A stretch of 64,000 nucleotides of DNA, taken from a virus. Lineage: Duplodnaviria; Caudoviricetes. This document shows, one piece after another, positions 36,791-47,496 of the stretch. The notes beneath the pieces are model-generated. The model was given only the letters and a program-made list of their open reading frames with translations, made no database searches and had not been told where the DNA came from. Numbering within the stretch: the first letter of the stretch is position 1; every line of letters starts with the position of its first letter. A program made the translations under genes and the position numbers. The stretch covers positions 1 to 64,000 of IMG/VR virus record IMGVR_UViG_2824993554_000003; one strand, given 5' to 3'.

Positions 36791-39700
36791 TTGGCTAACG
36801 TCGAAATCCGTACGCTGCGCGTCTCGGCAGAGATGGATGCGAGCAAATACGCTGCTGGCGCCCAGCAGAAGGCTGCTGCCGACGATCGCATGAAGCAATC
36901 GGGCAAGGGGCTCGGCGACAGCTTCACGGAAAACGACCAGAAGATCAGCGCCGCGACCAACGTGTTGGCGAAGCTATCTCGTCAGTATGTCGACGGCTAT
37001 GCGACCACGCAGCGTTTCAACCAGGCGGTCAACCAGCTGACGCGCGGCGTCGAGCTCGGCAAGATCGAGATGACGCAGGCTTCGGCCATCCTCGACGGCA
37101 TCTATCGCAAATACGGGATGATGGCCGATGCGGCCAAGATCGCCGAACGAGGGCAGCTTGAGCTTTCCAAGGCGGTGCAGGAGGCAAACACTCGCTTCGA
37201 GCAGCAGGCGAGGGTGGTGCCGGCTGGCCAGAGCAGGCCAGCCGCCGGCGTCGCCAACGATAACCAAGCGCAATTCCGACGGCAAAACCTGGGCGCGCAG
37301 GTGCAGGATATCGGCGTGTCGCTGTATGGCGGCATGCCGATCACCACCGTTCTCCTGCAGCAGGGGTCGCAGATCGTCGGCATCTATGGCGGCAATGGTG
37401 GTGTCAACGCGCTCCTCAAGGATCTCGGCGCGATCTTAGCGGCGGCGACCCGCTATGTTCTTCCATTCGCGGCGGCCGGCGCCCTGGCTTATGGCGCCTA
37501 CAAGCTGTTTGCCGCCAATACCGTCGAAGCGCGGCTGGCGGTCGACGATATCACCAAATCGTTGGCGGCACAGGCGGCGCCGATGGGTGCCGTTCAGTCG
37601 CAGCTCGCCGAGCTGCAAAAGCTCCAGTCGGAATATGCGCAGGCGCTGAACACGACTGCCCGCACGCAAAGCGTGGCTTCGGCCGCTATCGTCGCCGGCA
37701 CCGAACGAGAATATGAGGCCAAGCGCACGCTGCTGGAGCTCGAGCTGAAGCGGCAAGAGGCTGCGCGGGCCGTTGCGCAGTCCGAGCTGGAGATCACGTC
37801 TTCTCGCCTGCGGGGCGCAATTGCCCAGCAGGTGACGACGAATATGGATCTTGAACGGCAGGGCTTTTCGGATCCGCGCATCGGACGCTTCACCCAAGTG
37901 CCGGACAGCATCACCGGCATTCAGAAAACCCGCGATCTCCTTGCTACGAATCCGCTCTCGGACACGGTGAAGGAACTCAATGCCAATCTGAGTTTGACCG
38001 ACATCGCGCTGCAGAAGCTGCGAGAAGGCCTTAGGCTGGTCGGGCCAGCGGCATCCGGCCAGGTCGGACAGATTAACGAACTCAGCAAGGCGCTCGAGGA
38101 GTTGCGCAAGATTGGCGTCGCCGCAGCTTCGCAGGCCGACGAGGCGGCAGGGCGGGCTATGGCTGCGGTGCCCGTCGTCAACGGCGTCCTCGACGAAGAG
38201 GCCCGTCGCCGCGTGCTGGCGGCTCAGCGCGCGGCACAGCAGCGCCTTGATAACCAGAACCCGACCGTGATCAACGGCGACGGCGCGCGGGTCGGTGTGC
38301 CAGTTCCCATGCAGCGGCCAAACATCGAACTGGAAGGGCTGCCGGGCGAAGAGAAGGCCGGGAAATCGGCGGCGGAGGCGTATCGCGATCTGGTCAAGAG
38401 CGCCAACGATCGCATCGACCAGATGAAGCTCGAGGCGGCGACTGCGGGGCAGACGGGAATTCAGGCGCAAAAGATGCGCATGGAACTGGAGCTGCTTCAG
38501 CAGGCGCAGGAGAAGGGGCGCACGGTCACGGCGGATCAGCGCGCCGAGATCGAAAAGCTTTCTGAAGCCTATGCCAGGGCTGCGACGGAGGCGGCCAAGG
38601 TGCGGCTGAATGCCGACCTGTCATTCGAGCGCCAGCAGCTTTTCCGCTCGTCCGACGATCAGCAGATCGCGTCGCGGCTGCGCGGTGCGGGTCTGCCGGT
38701 CGATCTGACCTCGCAGGAAGCGCAGGTCATGCGTGACAACATCCGGATTCAGGAGCTGCGCAACGGGGTGAAGGGCTTCTTCACCGACTTCCGTGACGGA
38801 CTTCTGCAGGGCGACAGCGTCGGTAAGGCGCTCGGTGATGCCATCGTCAACGCACTCAATAACGTGCTGACGAAAGTGACCGACCGTTTGATCGAGCAGC
38901 TGGTGAACTCAATTGTCGGTACAGGATCGGGAGGCGGATTGCTCGGCAAGCTCGGTGTCGGCGGAATCGCTGCCAATGACAATTTCTCGGCCAACACCAC
39001 TCTCGGGAAGTTGCTGGGGGCCGGTGGCAGCGGCGCTGCGCCGGTCATTCCGGTTACAAAGGCTCCGCTTGGCGATATCTCCGCCTATGCGGCAGCCATC
39101 AAGTCGATCGAGAGCAGCGGAAACTATAGGGCGCTCGGTCCGATCACGGCTTCTGGCGATCGAGCCTATGGCGGCTACCAGGTCATGGGCGCCAATGTCG
39201 GGCCTTGGACCCGGCAGGCGCTTGGCTACTCTCTGACGCCGGCGCAATTTCTTGAGAATTCCTCTGCGCAAGATGCAGTCTTTCAGAAGGTCTTCGGCGG
39301 CTACGCCTCGAAATACGGCGCTTCTGGTGCAGCGCAGGCCTGGTTCGGCGGGCCGGGATCGGTTGGTCGCTGTGGCAACGTCGCAGATCAGTTGGGAACG
39401 ACTGGGACGCAATATGTCGATAAATTCAATTCAGCCCTTTCGCGTCTTTCGGGCACGACTGAGTCGGCTTCCTCCGGCCTGCAAAATTTCAATCCCGCCC
39501 TTGGCTCCGCGACGCAAAACCTCGGGACGTTTGGCGGCGGCCTCGGTCAGTTCTCACAGCAGCTGGCGGCGGCAGCAAGCGGTGCAAATAGCCCATCGAG
39601 CATGCTTGGCGGTCTCGGCAGTCTGTTCGGCGGGATTTCGCCGACAAGCTCGCTCTGGGCACCGAATACGACCCTCGGCAGCTTCCTCGTCCGAGGCTTT

Positions 39701-40039
39701 GCAGAGGGCACCGACTTCGCGCCAGGCGGCGTTGCCATGGTTGGGGAACGCGGACGTGAATTGGTGAACCTGCCGCGCGGGTCGCAGGTCGTGCCGAACC
39801 ACACGACGGAAGCAATGCTTTCCGGCAGCCGGAGCCCCGCAAACCTGAACGTGAAATTCAACGTGATCAACAACAACGGATCAAACGTGAGAACGCAGCG
39901 GCGCGATACAAATGATGGCCCGCAATTCGACGTGATCATCGACGAGGTAGTGGCTGCCAAGCTTAACACGCCGGGCTCCAGCTCGCGACGTGCTGCCAAA
40001 TCGCAATTCGGTCTATCTGAAGGGCTCGCTCGTCGATGA
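36791..40039 (+). CDS. Tape measure protein with lysozyme/transglycosylase-like domain
   Basis: QVQDIGVSL..LLQQGSQ, IKSIESSGNY..AYGGYQ, MVGERGRELV. Confidence 0.92.
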   Translation: MANVEIRTLRVSAEMDASKYAAGAQQKAAADDRMKQSGKGLGDSFTENDQKISAATNVLAKLSRQYVDGYATTQRFNQAVNQLTRGVELGKIEMTQASAILDGIYRKYGMMADAAKIAERGQLELSKAVQEANTRFEQQARVVPAGQSRPAAGVANDNQAQFRRQNLGAQVQDIGVSLYGGMPITTVLLQQGSQIVGIYGGNGGVNALLKDLGAILAAATRYVLPFAAAGALAYGAYKLFAANTVEARLAVDDITKSLAAQAAPMGAVQSQLAELQKLQSEYAQALNTTARTQSVASAAIVAGTEREYEAKRTLLELELKRQEAARAVAQSELEITSSRLRGAIAQQVTTNMDLERQGFSDPRIGRFTQVPDSITGIQKTRDLLATNPLSDTVKELNANLSLTDIALQKLREGLRLVGPAASGQVGQINELSKALEELRKIGVAAASQADEAAGRAMAAVPVVNGVLDEEARRRVLAAQRAAQQRLDNQNPTVINGDGARVGVPVPMQRPNIELEGLPGEEKAGKSAAEAYRDLVKSANDRIDQMKLEAATAGQTGIQAQKMRMELELLQQAQEKGRTVTADQRAEIEKLSEAYARAATEAAKVRLNADLSFERQQLFRSSDDQQIASRLRGAGLPVDLTSQEAQVMRDNIRIQELRNGVKGFFTDFRDGLLQGDSVGKALGDAIVNALNNVLTKVTDRLIEQLVNSIVGTGSGGGLLGKLGVGGIAANDNFSANTTLGKLLGAGGSGAAPVIPVTKAPLGDISAYAAAIKSIESSGNYRALGPITASGDRAYGGYQVMGANVGPWTRQALGYSLTPAQFLENSSAQDAVFQKVFGGYASKYGASGAAQAWFGGPGSVGRCGNVADQLGTTGTQYVDKFNSALSRLSGTTESASSGLQNFNPALGSATQNLGTFGGGLGQFSQQLAAAASGANSPSSMLGGLGSLFGGISPTSSLWAPNTTLGSFLVRGFAEGTDFAPGGVAMVGERGRELVNLPRGSQVVPNHTTEAMLSGSRSPANLNVKFNVINNNGSNVRTQRRDTNDGPQFDVIIDEVVAAKLNTPGSSSRRAAKSQFGLSEGLARR

Positions 40040-40389
40040 CCGTTCCTTCCTGGCCCAGCGACCTGCCGCAGGTTTTTCTGCGGGATGGCTACTCCGAGGA
40101 GGGGGCTGACAACCTCCTCGCCAGCAATGTCTCCGTCGGACCGGCGAAGGTGAGGCGCCGAACGACGGCAAATGTCCGGCCAATCACCGGCAGCATGATG
40201 ATGAACGAGACGCAATTCCAGGCGCTCGTCGACTTCGTGGCTGACGACATCAAGGATCGGGCGATCGCCTTTACCTTCCCGAATCCACATGGCGGCTCAC
40301 CGTTGCTGGTGAGGATGCGCCAGGCGGTCTCCGCGTCGGCCGTCGGGATCGACTGGCGTGTGCAGATCGGCCTCGAGGTGCTGCCTTGA
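40036..40389 (+). CDS. Distal/minor tail protein
   Basis: WPSDLP, GPAKVRRR; follows tape measure. Confidence 0.75.
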   Translation: MTVPSWPSDLPQVFLRDGYSEEGADNLLASNVSVGPAKVRRRTTANVRPITGSMMMNETQFQALVDFVADDIKDRAIAFTFPNPHGGSPLLVRMRQAVSASAVGIDWRVQIGLEVLP

Positions 40390-40889
40390 GCCGCGACGTT
40401 TCCAGCGGGTTCTTGAGCGCGATTTACGGGCAGGAAACGGACGAGGTTCCGATCTGCCTGCTGACCGTGACGCATGAGAGCCTCGACGAGCCGATCTACA
40501 TCTCCAGCGACCCGACGACGCGTCTGTCCGACGAGCCGCTGGTTTACGGCACGGATAGCAGGGGCGAGCAGTACACCTTCCTGCCGTTCGAATTCACGCT
40601 GCCTGACGACAGAAGCGACAGCCCGCCGCGCGTCGAACTGACGATGGACAACATCGATCGGACGCTGGTTTCGATCCTGCGCACCTTCATGACGCCGCCA
40701 AGCATCAAGCTAGAGATCATTCTTGCTTCCGATCCTGACGTCGTCGAGATCACGATGCCCGTGCTGCAGATGTCCGATGCGACGATCGAGGATCACACGA
40801 TATCGGTGACGCTGGTCGCAGATGCGCTGATCAATGAGCCTCATCCGGCCGGCCAGTTCACTCCGGGTTCCTTTCCGGGGTTGTTCTGA
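40386..40889 (+). CDS. DUF1833-like minor tail protein
   Basis: PFEFTLP, DNIDR, FTPGSFPGLF. Confidence 0.8.
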   Translation: MSRDVSSGFLSAIYGQETDEVPICLLTVTHESLDEPIYISSDPTTRLSDEPLVYGTDSRGEQYTFLPFEFTLPDDRSDSPPRVELTMDNIDRTLVSILRTFMTPPSIKLEIILASDPDVVEITMPVLQMSDATIEDHTISVTLVADALINEPHPAGQFTPGSFPGLF

Positions 40890-41281
40890 TGGAGCGCTTC
40901 ATCGGCATTCCCTACCTGCCGCACGGCCGCAGCTACGATGGTGCGGACTGCTGGGGTGTCCTGTTTCTCTATTACCGCGATGTGCTCGGCCAGATGCTTC
41001 CTTCCTATTCAGCCGAGATGCAGGACCTAGAGTTCCATCGCCGGGAAATCTCGCGGCTGGTTGCTGCCGAGAAGGGACATAACTGGGCAGAGGTCGTTGC
41101 GCCGGCGCCCGGCGATTGCGTGCTGATGCGGGTCGGCCGCGACGAAAGCCACGTCGGTGTGTTCCTTGGCGGCGGGCGCATGTTGCATTCCGAGGGGCCG
41201 CATCCCTCGCAGATCGAACGAATGGGCGACATGCGCTGGCGTGATCGCATCACCGGGTATTTCAGGTACATCTCATGCTGA
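40889..41281 (+). CDS. NlpC/P60 tail-associated protein
   Basis: GADCWG, HVGVFLG, MLHS. Confidence 0.9.
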   Translation: MERFIGIPYLPHGRSYDGADCWGVLFLYYRDVLGQMLPSYSAEMQDLEFHRREISRLVAAEKGHNWAEVVAPAPGDCVLMRVGRDESHVGVFLGGGRMLHSEGPHPSQIERMGDMRWRDRITGYFRYISC

Positions 41282-44200
41282 CGGTCCGCGACGCGGCTGC
41301 CCAGATCATCGCGCCTGAAGAGCGGGTCGATGTTTATCTGCGTCGATCGCCTCTAAGGCATGAGCGCGAGCACATTGAGGTGCCGGCCGGTCTCTCGATC
41401 GAGGAGATCAGTGCTTGCTGCGGGCTGGAGCCGGCGCGGCTGCATGTCACCATCGCCGGCCATGTCATTGAGCAGCGGAACTGGGCGCGGGTACGGGTAA
41501 AACCCGGCGTCGTCGTCGTCATCGTCAAGGTGCCTGGCAAGGGTGCGCTACGTGCAATCGCCGGCCTGGTCGTCGCGATCTTTGCTGCGGTTGTGGCTCC
41601 CTGGCTTGCGACCACCGTGCTTGGATTCACTGCGGGAACCGCGGCGGCCAGTGTTGCCACCGGCCTAATCGGAGCGGGCATCTCTCTTGCCGGCAGTCTG
41701 ATCATCAACGCCCTTTTTCCGGTGGCAAAGCCGGATTCCCTGCCGAAGACGACCACGCTCTACTCGATCGGCGGAGCGCAAAACCAGGCGGCGCAATATG
41801 GTGCCATACCCGAGATCTTCGGCACGCACCGGATCTCGCCGCCCTATGCTGCCGGCCCCTATACCGAACTGGTGGGCGATGATCAGTATCTGCGCATGCT
41901 CTTCGTCGTCGGGTACGGGCCGATCGCTGTATCCGATCTGAAGATCGGCGAGACGGCGATTTCCAAGTTCGAAGACGTCAGCTATGAGATCCTGGAGGAT
42001 CATACGGTCACGCCGCCGACGCTCTACACCAAACCCGTCTATCAGGAAGACGTCTCCGTGGTCCTGGATGCCGATACGGGGTGGGTTCAGCGGACCACCG
42101 CCGACAATGTCGACGAGATATCGGTCGACGTCAGCGCCCCGAGCGGGATCTATCGCTACAAATCGTCGAATGGCAGCCGCGTCAACTATACCGTCACCAT
42201 CGAGGTTCAGTACAAGCTTTCGAGCAGCAGCACATGGCTTTCGTTCGGCACTTTCGATCTGACATCGAACTCACCGCAGGCGGTGCGTCGGACGCAGACA
42301 AGGACCGTTACCCGAGGCAAATATGATGTTCGGCTAAGCAAATCATCGCCGGACTACAGCGGTAAGGATACCGTGTCGGAGACTGTCTACTGGACGGCAG
42401 TCCGTGGCAGGCGCAACGAGCCGGTCATCAGCTTCTCGAAGCCGTTGACGCTGATCGCCATGCGGATCCGGGCAACGGGGCAGCTCAACGGCACAGTCAA
42501 CACGCTGAACTGCATCGCCAGCCCGAAAATTCGCGCATGGAACGGAACGACGTGGTCATCTGGCCAGGTCACCCGCAATCCTGCCGATCACTTCAGGCAA
42601 GTCTTGCAGGGAAATGCGAATGCCAGACCAGTCGACGGAGCGACGATCGATCTCATCAGCTTGCAGGATTGGCACGCTTACTGCGAGGCTAAGGGCTTCA
42701 CATTCGATCTGGTGGCGAGTGAGCAGAAGTCGGTTTATGACCGACTGACGGAAATCGCCGCGGCCGGCCGGGCGGCCGTGTCCTTCCGGGACGGGCGCTG
42801 GGGCGTGATCTGGGACGTCGCTGATTCGCCGATCGTGCAGCATTTTTCGCCACGTAACTCGGCGAATTTTTCCTCTATAAGGGCTTATGCGGATCTGCCG
42901 CACGGCTTCCGGGTGAAGTTCATAAACCGTGACAACAGCTACCTGAACGACGAGCGGGTGGTCTACGACGACGGATACACCGAGGATAATGCCACCAAAT
43001 TCGAGGGCATCGATTTTTCCGGCGTGACCGACAAGGATCTCGTCTGGAAGCATGGACGCTATCACATCGCGCAGCTGCGGCTGCAGCGGGAGACCTATTC
43101 GCTCGATACGGATTTCGAGCATCTGGTTTGCACCCGCGGCGATCGGGTGCGCGTCAATCATGACGTCGTGCTCTGGGGCGCCGGCGCGGCCAGGGTGAGG
43201 AGCGTCAGCTCGGCGCCGGACGGCGTCGTGATCGATGATCTGCTGACGATGGAGTCCGGCAAGACCTATTCCATGCGGTTCCGGGCGGCCGACGGGTCGT
43301 CGATCGTGCGGACGATCACGGGTGTCGACGGCGAGTTCAACTCATTCCTCTTCTCCGACGCTGGTTCCCTGCCAGCGGCGGGCGACCTTGCGATGTTCGG
43401 CGAGAACGGCTTAGAGAGCGTCGTCTTGCGGGTCAAAAGCATCATGGCGCGGCAAGACCTTTCCGCTCGCCTGGAGCTGGTCGACGACGCGCCAGCGATC
43501 ATGCAGGCTGACACCGGCACGATCCCGCCCTTCGAGACGGGTATCGCGCCGGTGCCAGACTATCGCGCCTCGGCGCCATCGGGATTTTCCTATGTCGAGA
43601 CAGTCTGGACAACGGCGCCGGCGACATCGGCGATCGACATGGCCTGGCAGGCACCGGATGCCGGCGCGGCCGCATCCTACATCGTGCAGTACCGGGCCAA
43701 TGGTGACACCGAATGGATCACGACATCGAGCGTCAGTGCGCCGGCAATCCGTCTGGTCGATCTCGCCACGGGCGTCTTTGACGTTCGTATCCGCGCGGTG
43801 TTTGCCAATGGTGAATTGTCCGGCTTCCTGACGGCATCCTTCGTCTGCGCAATCTTCGCCTCCAACCCGGCCGATGTCGAAGACTTCCGGGTCGCGATCA
43901 GCGGCGATGTCGCAATGCTGCAGTGGACGCTTCAGGTCGACCAAGCGCTCTCGCACTGCGAAATTCGTTTTACGCCGGCGATAACAGGCGCAACCTGGCA
44001 GACTGCCACGCAGTTGCGGACAAATGTGCTCGGCTCGCAGGCGCAGGTTCCGGCCATGATCGGCACCTATCTGATCAAGGCCGTGAACTACGCGGGGCTA
44101 ATGTCGGTGAATGCGGCGCTCGTCGTCAGTACCGTCAACCCGCTCACGGCATTCAATGCGGTCGAGGCCCTGCAGGAAGCTCCGGGTTTTGTGGGGACCA

Positions 44201-44916
44201 AGACCGGGGTCGTCGTTGCCGGCGGAACCCTCATGCTGGATTCCGCCACGAATGTGTTTGAGCTCGTCGATTGGTTTGCAGTCGACGACTATTTCCTGTC
44301 GGTGGGTGGCTTTGAAGTTGAGGGCATCTACGAGTTCGCCGACATCATCGATCTCGGGGACATCTACACGTCCCGCGTGACGGCTGCGGTCGGAGCGTTC
44401 GGAGTTGTGGCGAGCCTCGATTTGTTCGCCCGTCCGGATTGGTATGGGGTGCCTGAATTCTTCGGGCTGGTTTCGGATTCGCTCTGGAACGTACGCGTGG
44501 AGGTTTCCTCGACATCGGATAATCCAGCAGGATCGCCAACGTGGTCTGATTGGGCCGAACTGGTGACGTCGGATGTCTCTGCCAGGGCTTATCGGTTTCG
44601 GGCGAAGTTACAGTCGCTTCAGTTCGATGTGACGCCTGTGGTGGCTGCGCTGGGTGTCACCGTCGATATGCCGGACCGCGTCATTGCCGAAAACGATCTG
44701 TTAGTGACGACGTCAGGGCGCACGATCAGCTTCTCTCCGTCTTATTATGTCCTCAGCGGAATTTCGATTGCCGCGCAGAACATGCTGACCGGAGATTATT
44801 CCGAGATCACGGCAAAAACTGCATCCGGTTTCACCATCAGATTCAGGAACTCGTCGGGCACGCCGGTCGCGCGGACATTCGACTATGTGGCAAAAGGGTA
44901 TGGATACGTTCAATGA
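41275..44916 (+). CDS. Tail tip / host-specificity protein (J-like)
   Basis: IPEIFG, TRNPA, RGDRV, FnIII-like segments. Confidence 0.88.
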   Translation: MLTVRDAAAQIIAPEERVDVYLRRSPLRHEREHIEVPAGLSIEEISACCGLEPARLHVTIAGHVIEQRNWARVRVKPGVVVVIVKVPGKGALRAIAGLVVAIFAAVVAPWLATTVLGFTAGTAAASVATGLIGAGISLAGSLIINALFPVAKPDSLPKTTTLYSIGGAQNQAAQYGAIPEIFGTHRISPPYAAGPYTELVGDDQYLRMLFVVGYGPIAVSDLKIGETAISKFEDVSYEILEDHTVTPPTLYTKPVYQEDVSVVLDADTGWVQRTTADNVDEISVDVSAPSGIYRYKSSNGSRVNYTVTIEVQYKLSSSSTWLSFGTFDLTSNSPQAVRRTQTRTVTRGKYDVRLSKSSPDYSGKDTVSETVYWTAVRGRRNEPVISFSKPLTLIAMRIRATGQLNGTVNTLNCIASPKIRAWNGTTWSSGQVTRNPADHFRQVLQGNANARPVDGATIDLISLQDWHAYCEAKGFTFDLVASEQKSVYDRLTEIAAAGRAAVSFRDGRWGVIWDVADSPIVQHFSPRNSANFSSIRAYADLPHGFRVKFINRDNSYLNDERVVYDDGYTEDNATKFEGIDFSGVTDKDLVWKHGRYHIAQLRLQRETYSLDTDFEHLVCTRGDRVRVNHDVVLWGAGAARVRSVSSAPDGVVIDDLLTMESGKTYSMRFRAADGSSIVRTITGVDGEFNSFLFSDAGSLPAAGDLAMFGENGLESVVLRVKSIMARQDLSARLELVDDAPAIMQADTGTIPPFETGIAPVPDYRASAPSGFSYVETVWTTAPATSAIDMAWQAPDAGAAASYIVQYRANGDTEWITTSSVSAPAIRLVDLATGVFDVRIRAVFANGELSGFLTASFVCAIFASNPADVEDFRVAISGDVAMLQWTLQVDQALSHCEIRFTPAITGATWQTATQLRTNVLGSQAQVPAMIGTYLIKAVNYAGLMSVNAALVVSTVNPLTAFNAVEALQEAPGFVGTKTGVVVAGGTLMLDSATNVFELVDWFAVDDYFLSVGGFEVEGIYEFADIIDLGDIYTSRVTAAVGAFGVVASLDLFARPDWYGVPEFFGLVSDSLWNVRVEVSSTSDNPAGSPTWSDWAELVTSDVSARAYRFRAKLQSLQFDVTPVVAALGVTVDMPDRVIAENDLLVTTSGRTISFSPSYYVLSGISIAAQNMLTGDYSEITAKTASGFTIRFRNSSGTPVARTFDYVAKGYGYVQ

Positions 44917-46055
44917 GCCAAGCAACCAACTTTAGTGTTCCCACAACGGGGCCGGCATCGCCGACTGTGATGGCGACGCGCATGGATGATAGCTATCAAG
45001 CGCTTCTCAGCAGCCATTCAGGTGCTTCGCGGCCGGCCTATGCGGTTGCGGGCACGTTCTGGATCTCGACGGCCACAGCGGGTCAGCTGAAACTTTATCT
45101 TTATGACGGATCCGATGACGTTTTGCTGATGGTGCTCGACACGGCGACCAATGCCGTGACTTTCAGCGGCCTCGGCGCTGCGATCAACGCTGCGACGGCG
45201 AAGACGGCGCCGGTCGGCGCCGACAAGCTGGGAATCTGGGACAGCGTGGCCGGGGACACGAAGAGCCTCACGCTCACCGTTCTGAGCACCTGGCTGGCTC
45301 CTCTCCTGGGGCCAGACTTCGTTCAAGGGGGGATTGTTCTTCCCAATGGGTCTACACCGCTCACGCATCTGGATATCGCCGCATTCACGGTAAAAGCGCT
45401 GAGCAAGGTCGCGATATCGGCAGGCACGCTGACGAAGAACATCAACGGAACCTGGGTGGCTGGAAATGGCGGCGGTCTCGATACGGGCACCAAGGCGGCA
45501 AACGCGACCTATTTCGTCTATGCACTGCGCAAGCAGTCGGACGGAAGCGGCGAGGTGGTGCTTTCGACGTCGGCGACTGTCGGCGGCGTCAACACCTCGC
45601 TTCTGACCGGCTACGACGTCCTGGCGCCGATCGGCGTCGCGCTGACGGACGGCAGCTCGAACATTCGCGAGTTCGTCATGAATGCCCGTGATGAATACAC
45701 TTTCACGTCGCCTGTTAGGGACGCGGCGAGTGTCGCCGTCTCCACAACGTCGGCACTCCTAACCTTGACCGTGCCCAACGGCGTGAAGGTGAAAGCAAAG
45801 CTTCGTTTTGAGCTAACGTCCAGCGCCACCACCAACGCTGCCCTCTTTTCTGATCCGGCCCAGGGAACTCTTGTTGCCGGCATTGCTGATTCCGGCGCAA
45901 ACGTGGGTGCGATCCAAGTCGCGAGCAGCTTTGCGGTCGGCAGCCAAGACGTGTGGACGAACACGGCCAAGCAGGTTCGGCAAGTTTCAGGTGCGTCCGG
46001 CAGCGTGTGGGTTTGGACGGACGGGTTTTACTTCCCATGCAAGAGGATCGCATAA
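44913..46055 (+). CDS. Tail fibre / receptor-binding protein
   Basis: HSGASRPAYAVAG N-terminus, GGLDTG; position. Confidence 0.75.
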   Translation: MSQATNFSVPTTGPASPTVMATRMDDSYQALLSSHSGASRPAYAVAGTFWISTATAGQLKLYLYDGSDDVLLMVLDTATNAVTFSGLGAAINAATAKTAPVGADKLGIWDSVAGDTKSLTLTVLSTWLAPLLGPDFVQGGIVLPNGSTPLTHLDIAAFTVKALSKVAISAGTLTKNINGTWVAGNGGGLDTGTKAANATYFVYALRKQSDGSGEVVLSTSATVGGVNTSLLTGYDVLAPIGVALTDGSSNIREFVMNARDEYTFTSPVRDAASVAVSTTSALLTLTVPNGVKVKAKLRFELTSSATTNAALFSDPAQGTLVAGIADSGANVGAIQVASSFAVGSQDVWTNTAKQVRQVSGASGSVWVWTDGFYFPCKRIA

Positions 46056-46411
46056 TGGCTTATGTATCACGATCGGATGATGGTGCTATCAACGGCGTGT
46101 TCGAGCAGCTTCAGCAAGGTCGGGCGGAGGAGTTTCTTGACGACGGTGACTCCTCCGTCATTTCCTATCTGACCAAGCAGCCCGTAGCAACGGCAGTATC
46201 TGCTCGGCAATTCAAGCTGCAGCTTTTGGCTGCGGGACTTTTAGATGAAGTTGATACTTGGGTGGCACAACAATCGCGCGACGTTCAGATTGCCTACGAA
46301 TACAGTGGCACATTCGTGAAAGACAGTCAGATGATGGCGGAAGGGTTCGCTGCCATGGGCTTTTCAGCTCAGCAGATCGATGCCTTCTTTCAAGCTGCTG
46401 CTGCTCTCTGA
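46055..46411 (+). CDS. Tail fibre-associated small protein
   Basis: VSARQFKLQL..QIDAFFQAAA. Confidence 0.7.
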   Translation: MAYVSRSDDGAINGVFEQLQQGRAEEFLDDGDSSVISYLTKQPVATAVSARQFKLQLLAAGLLDEVDTWVAQQSRDVQIAYEYSGTFVKDSQMMAEGFAAMGFSAQQIDAFFQAAAAL

Positions 46412-47350
46412 GCACTCCCAAGCCTTCTTCGCGCGCCTTGCGGCAGCATGAGAGGGCTTCTCCACCCACCTATAGAACGGATAAACCAGCGCAAGTGAAA
46501 TGGAACAGACGACCACTGGAGGCGTCACGATCCACTCGACTGCGGTCGCCGCGATTACGTGGACGAGATAAATAGAGAAGCAGGCGGCGCCGATGCTTTC
46601 TAGGGCCTTGATGGGGCCTTGATAGGTCGCACTGCTAATCTCGGCCGATATCCAGCAGGCTGCCAGCACAGAGAATGGCGTCATGGTCAGATAGAAGCCG
46701 GCAGGGGTGTTGATTGTTGCCCAATAGAGGATGGAAGCAATGACCGCGGTGACGACGCGCCAGAGCCACACATTGCCGGGGAGCTTAAGACGATCGAAGT
46801 TCTCGGCGAGATAGCAGCCGATCAACCAAGCGGGAAGCCCGACAACCCAGTTGAGCATCGGCCCATATGATTGAGCATTGCCATATCGATCAGGCCCCAC
46901 GCCGATCGCAACACCATACGATGCGATCACCGAAGTGGCGATGAGCAGCGGCCACCCTATGCGACGGGCCGCAGGCAACAATATGGGGTAAAGGCAATAG
47001 TAAACCGCCTCGCAGATGACGGACCAGAGAATGTAGCCGTCAACCGGATTGTAAGCCGCAATTCCGACGGCCTGGGCCAGAAGGAAGGCAACAGCGGCCG
47101 GCGGGACTATCCGAAGAAAACGCCCGGCCAGGAACGGGGCCGCCGCAAGGTCGGCGCTTCGATACGGGTAATGGATGCAGAACCCTGAAACCACAAAGAA
47201 GGCGATGACCGCCGGGTGCCCTGTGAAAATGTACTTGGCAATGCCTGGCATAGAGGGGCCGAGCAGGTGGGCAAACATCACGGATAGGGCCGCGATAGCT
47301 CTGACAGTATTGAGGCCAACCACATGGCGCTTCGAAAGAAGACTCGACAT
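46364..47350 (-). CDS. Acyltransferase family 3 (OafA/Oac-like) moron
   Basis: GLNTVRAIAALSVMFAH, FFVVSGF, WSVICEAVYY, FSIYLVH, VEKP; many TM segments. Confidence 0.9.
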   Translation of the reverse strand: MSSLLSKRHVVGLNTVRAIAALSVMFAHLLGPSMPGIAKYIFTGHPAVIAFFVVSGFCIHYPYRSADLAAAPFLAGRFLRIVPPAAVAFLLAQAVGIAAYNPVDGYILWSVICEAVYYCLYPILLPAARRIGWPLLIATSVIASYGVAIGVGPDRYGNAQSYGPMLNWVVGLPAWLIGCYLAENFDRLKLPGNVWLWRVVTAVIASILYWATINTPAGFYLTMTPFSVLAACWISAEISSATYQGPIKALESIGAACFSIYLVHVIAATAVEWIVTPPVVVCSISLALVYPFYRWVEKPSHAAARRAKKAWECSESSSSLKEGIDLLS

Positions 47351-47496
47351 GAAGGCCAGTAAATACACGTAACCGCAGAAATAGACAGGCGAAATTTGTC
47401 TGTCTTATTAAGGTACTAACTGGTACTTTATAATTATATAGTACTGTAGAGTACCTTTAATAGGTAAATGCCTCCTTCATCACCGGAGATCACTCA

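Noticed and set aside
41275-46411. Diversity-generating retroelement or invertible tail fibre cassette
   Set aside because: No reverse transcriptase, template/variable repeat pair or invertase seen.
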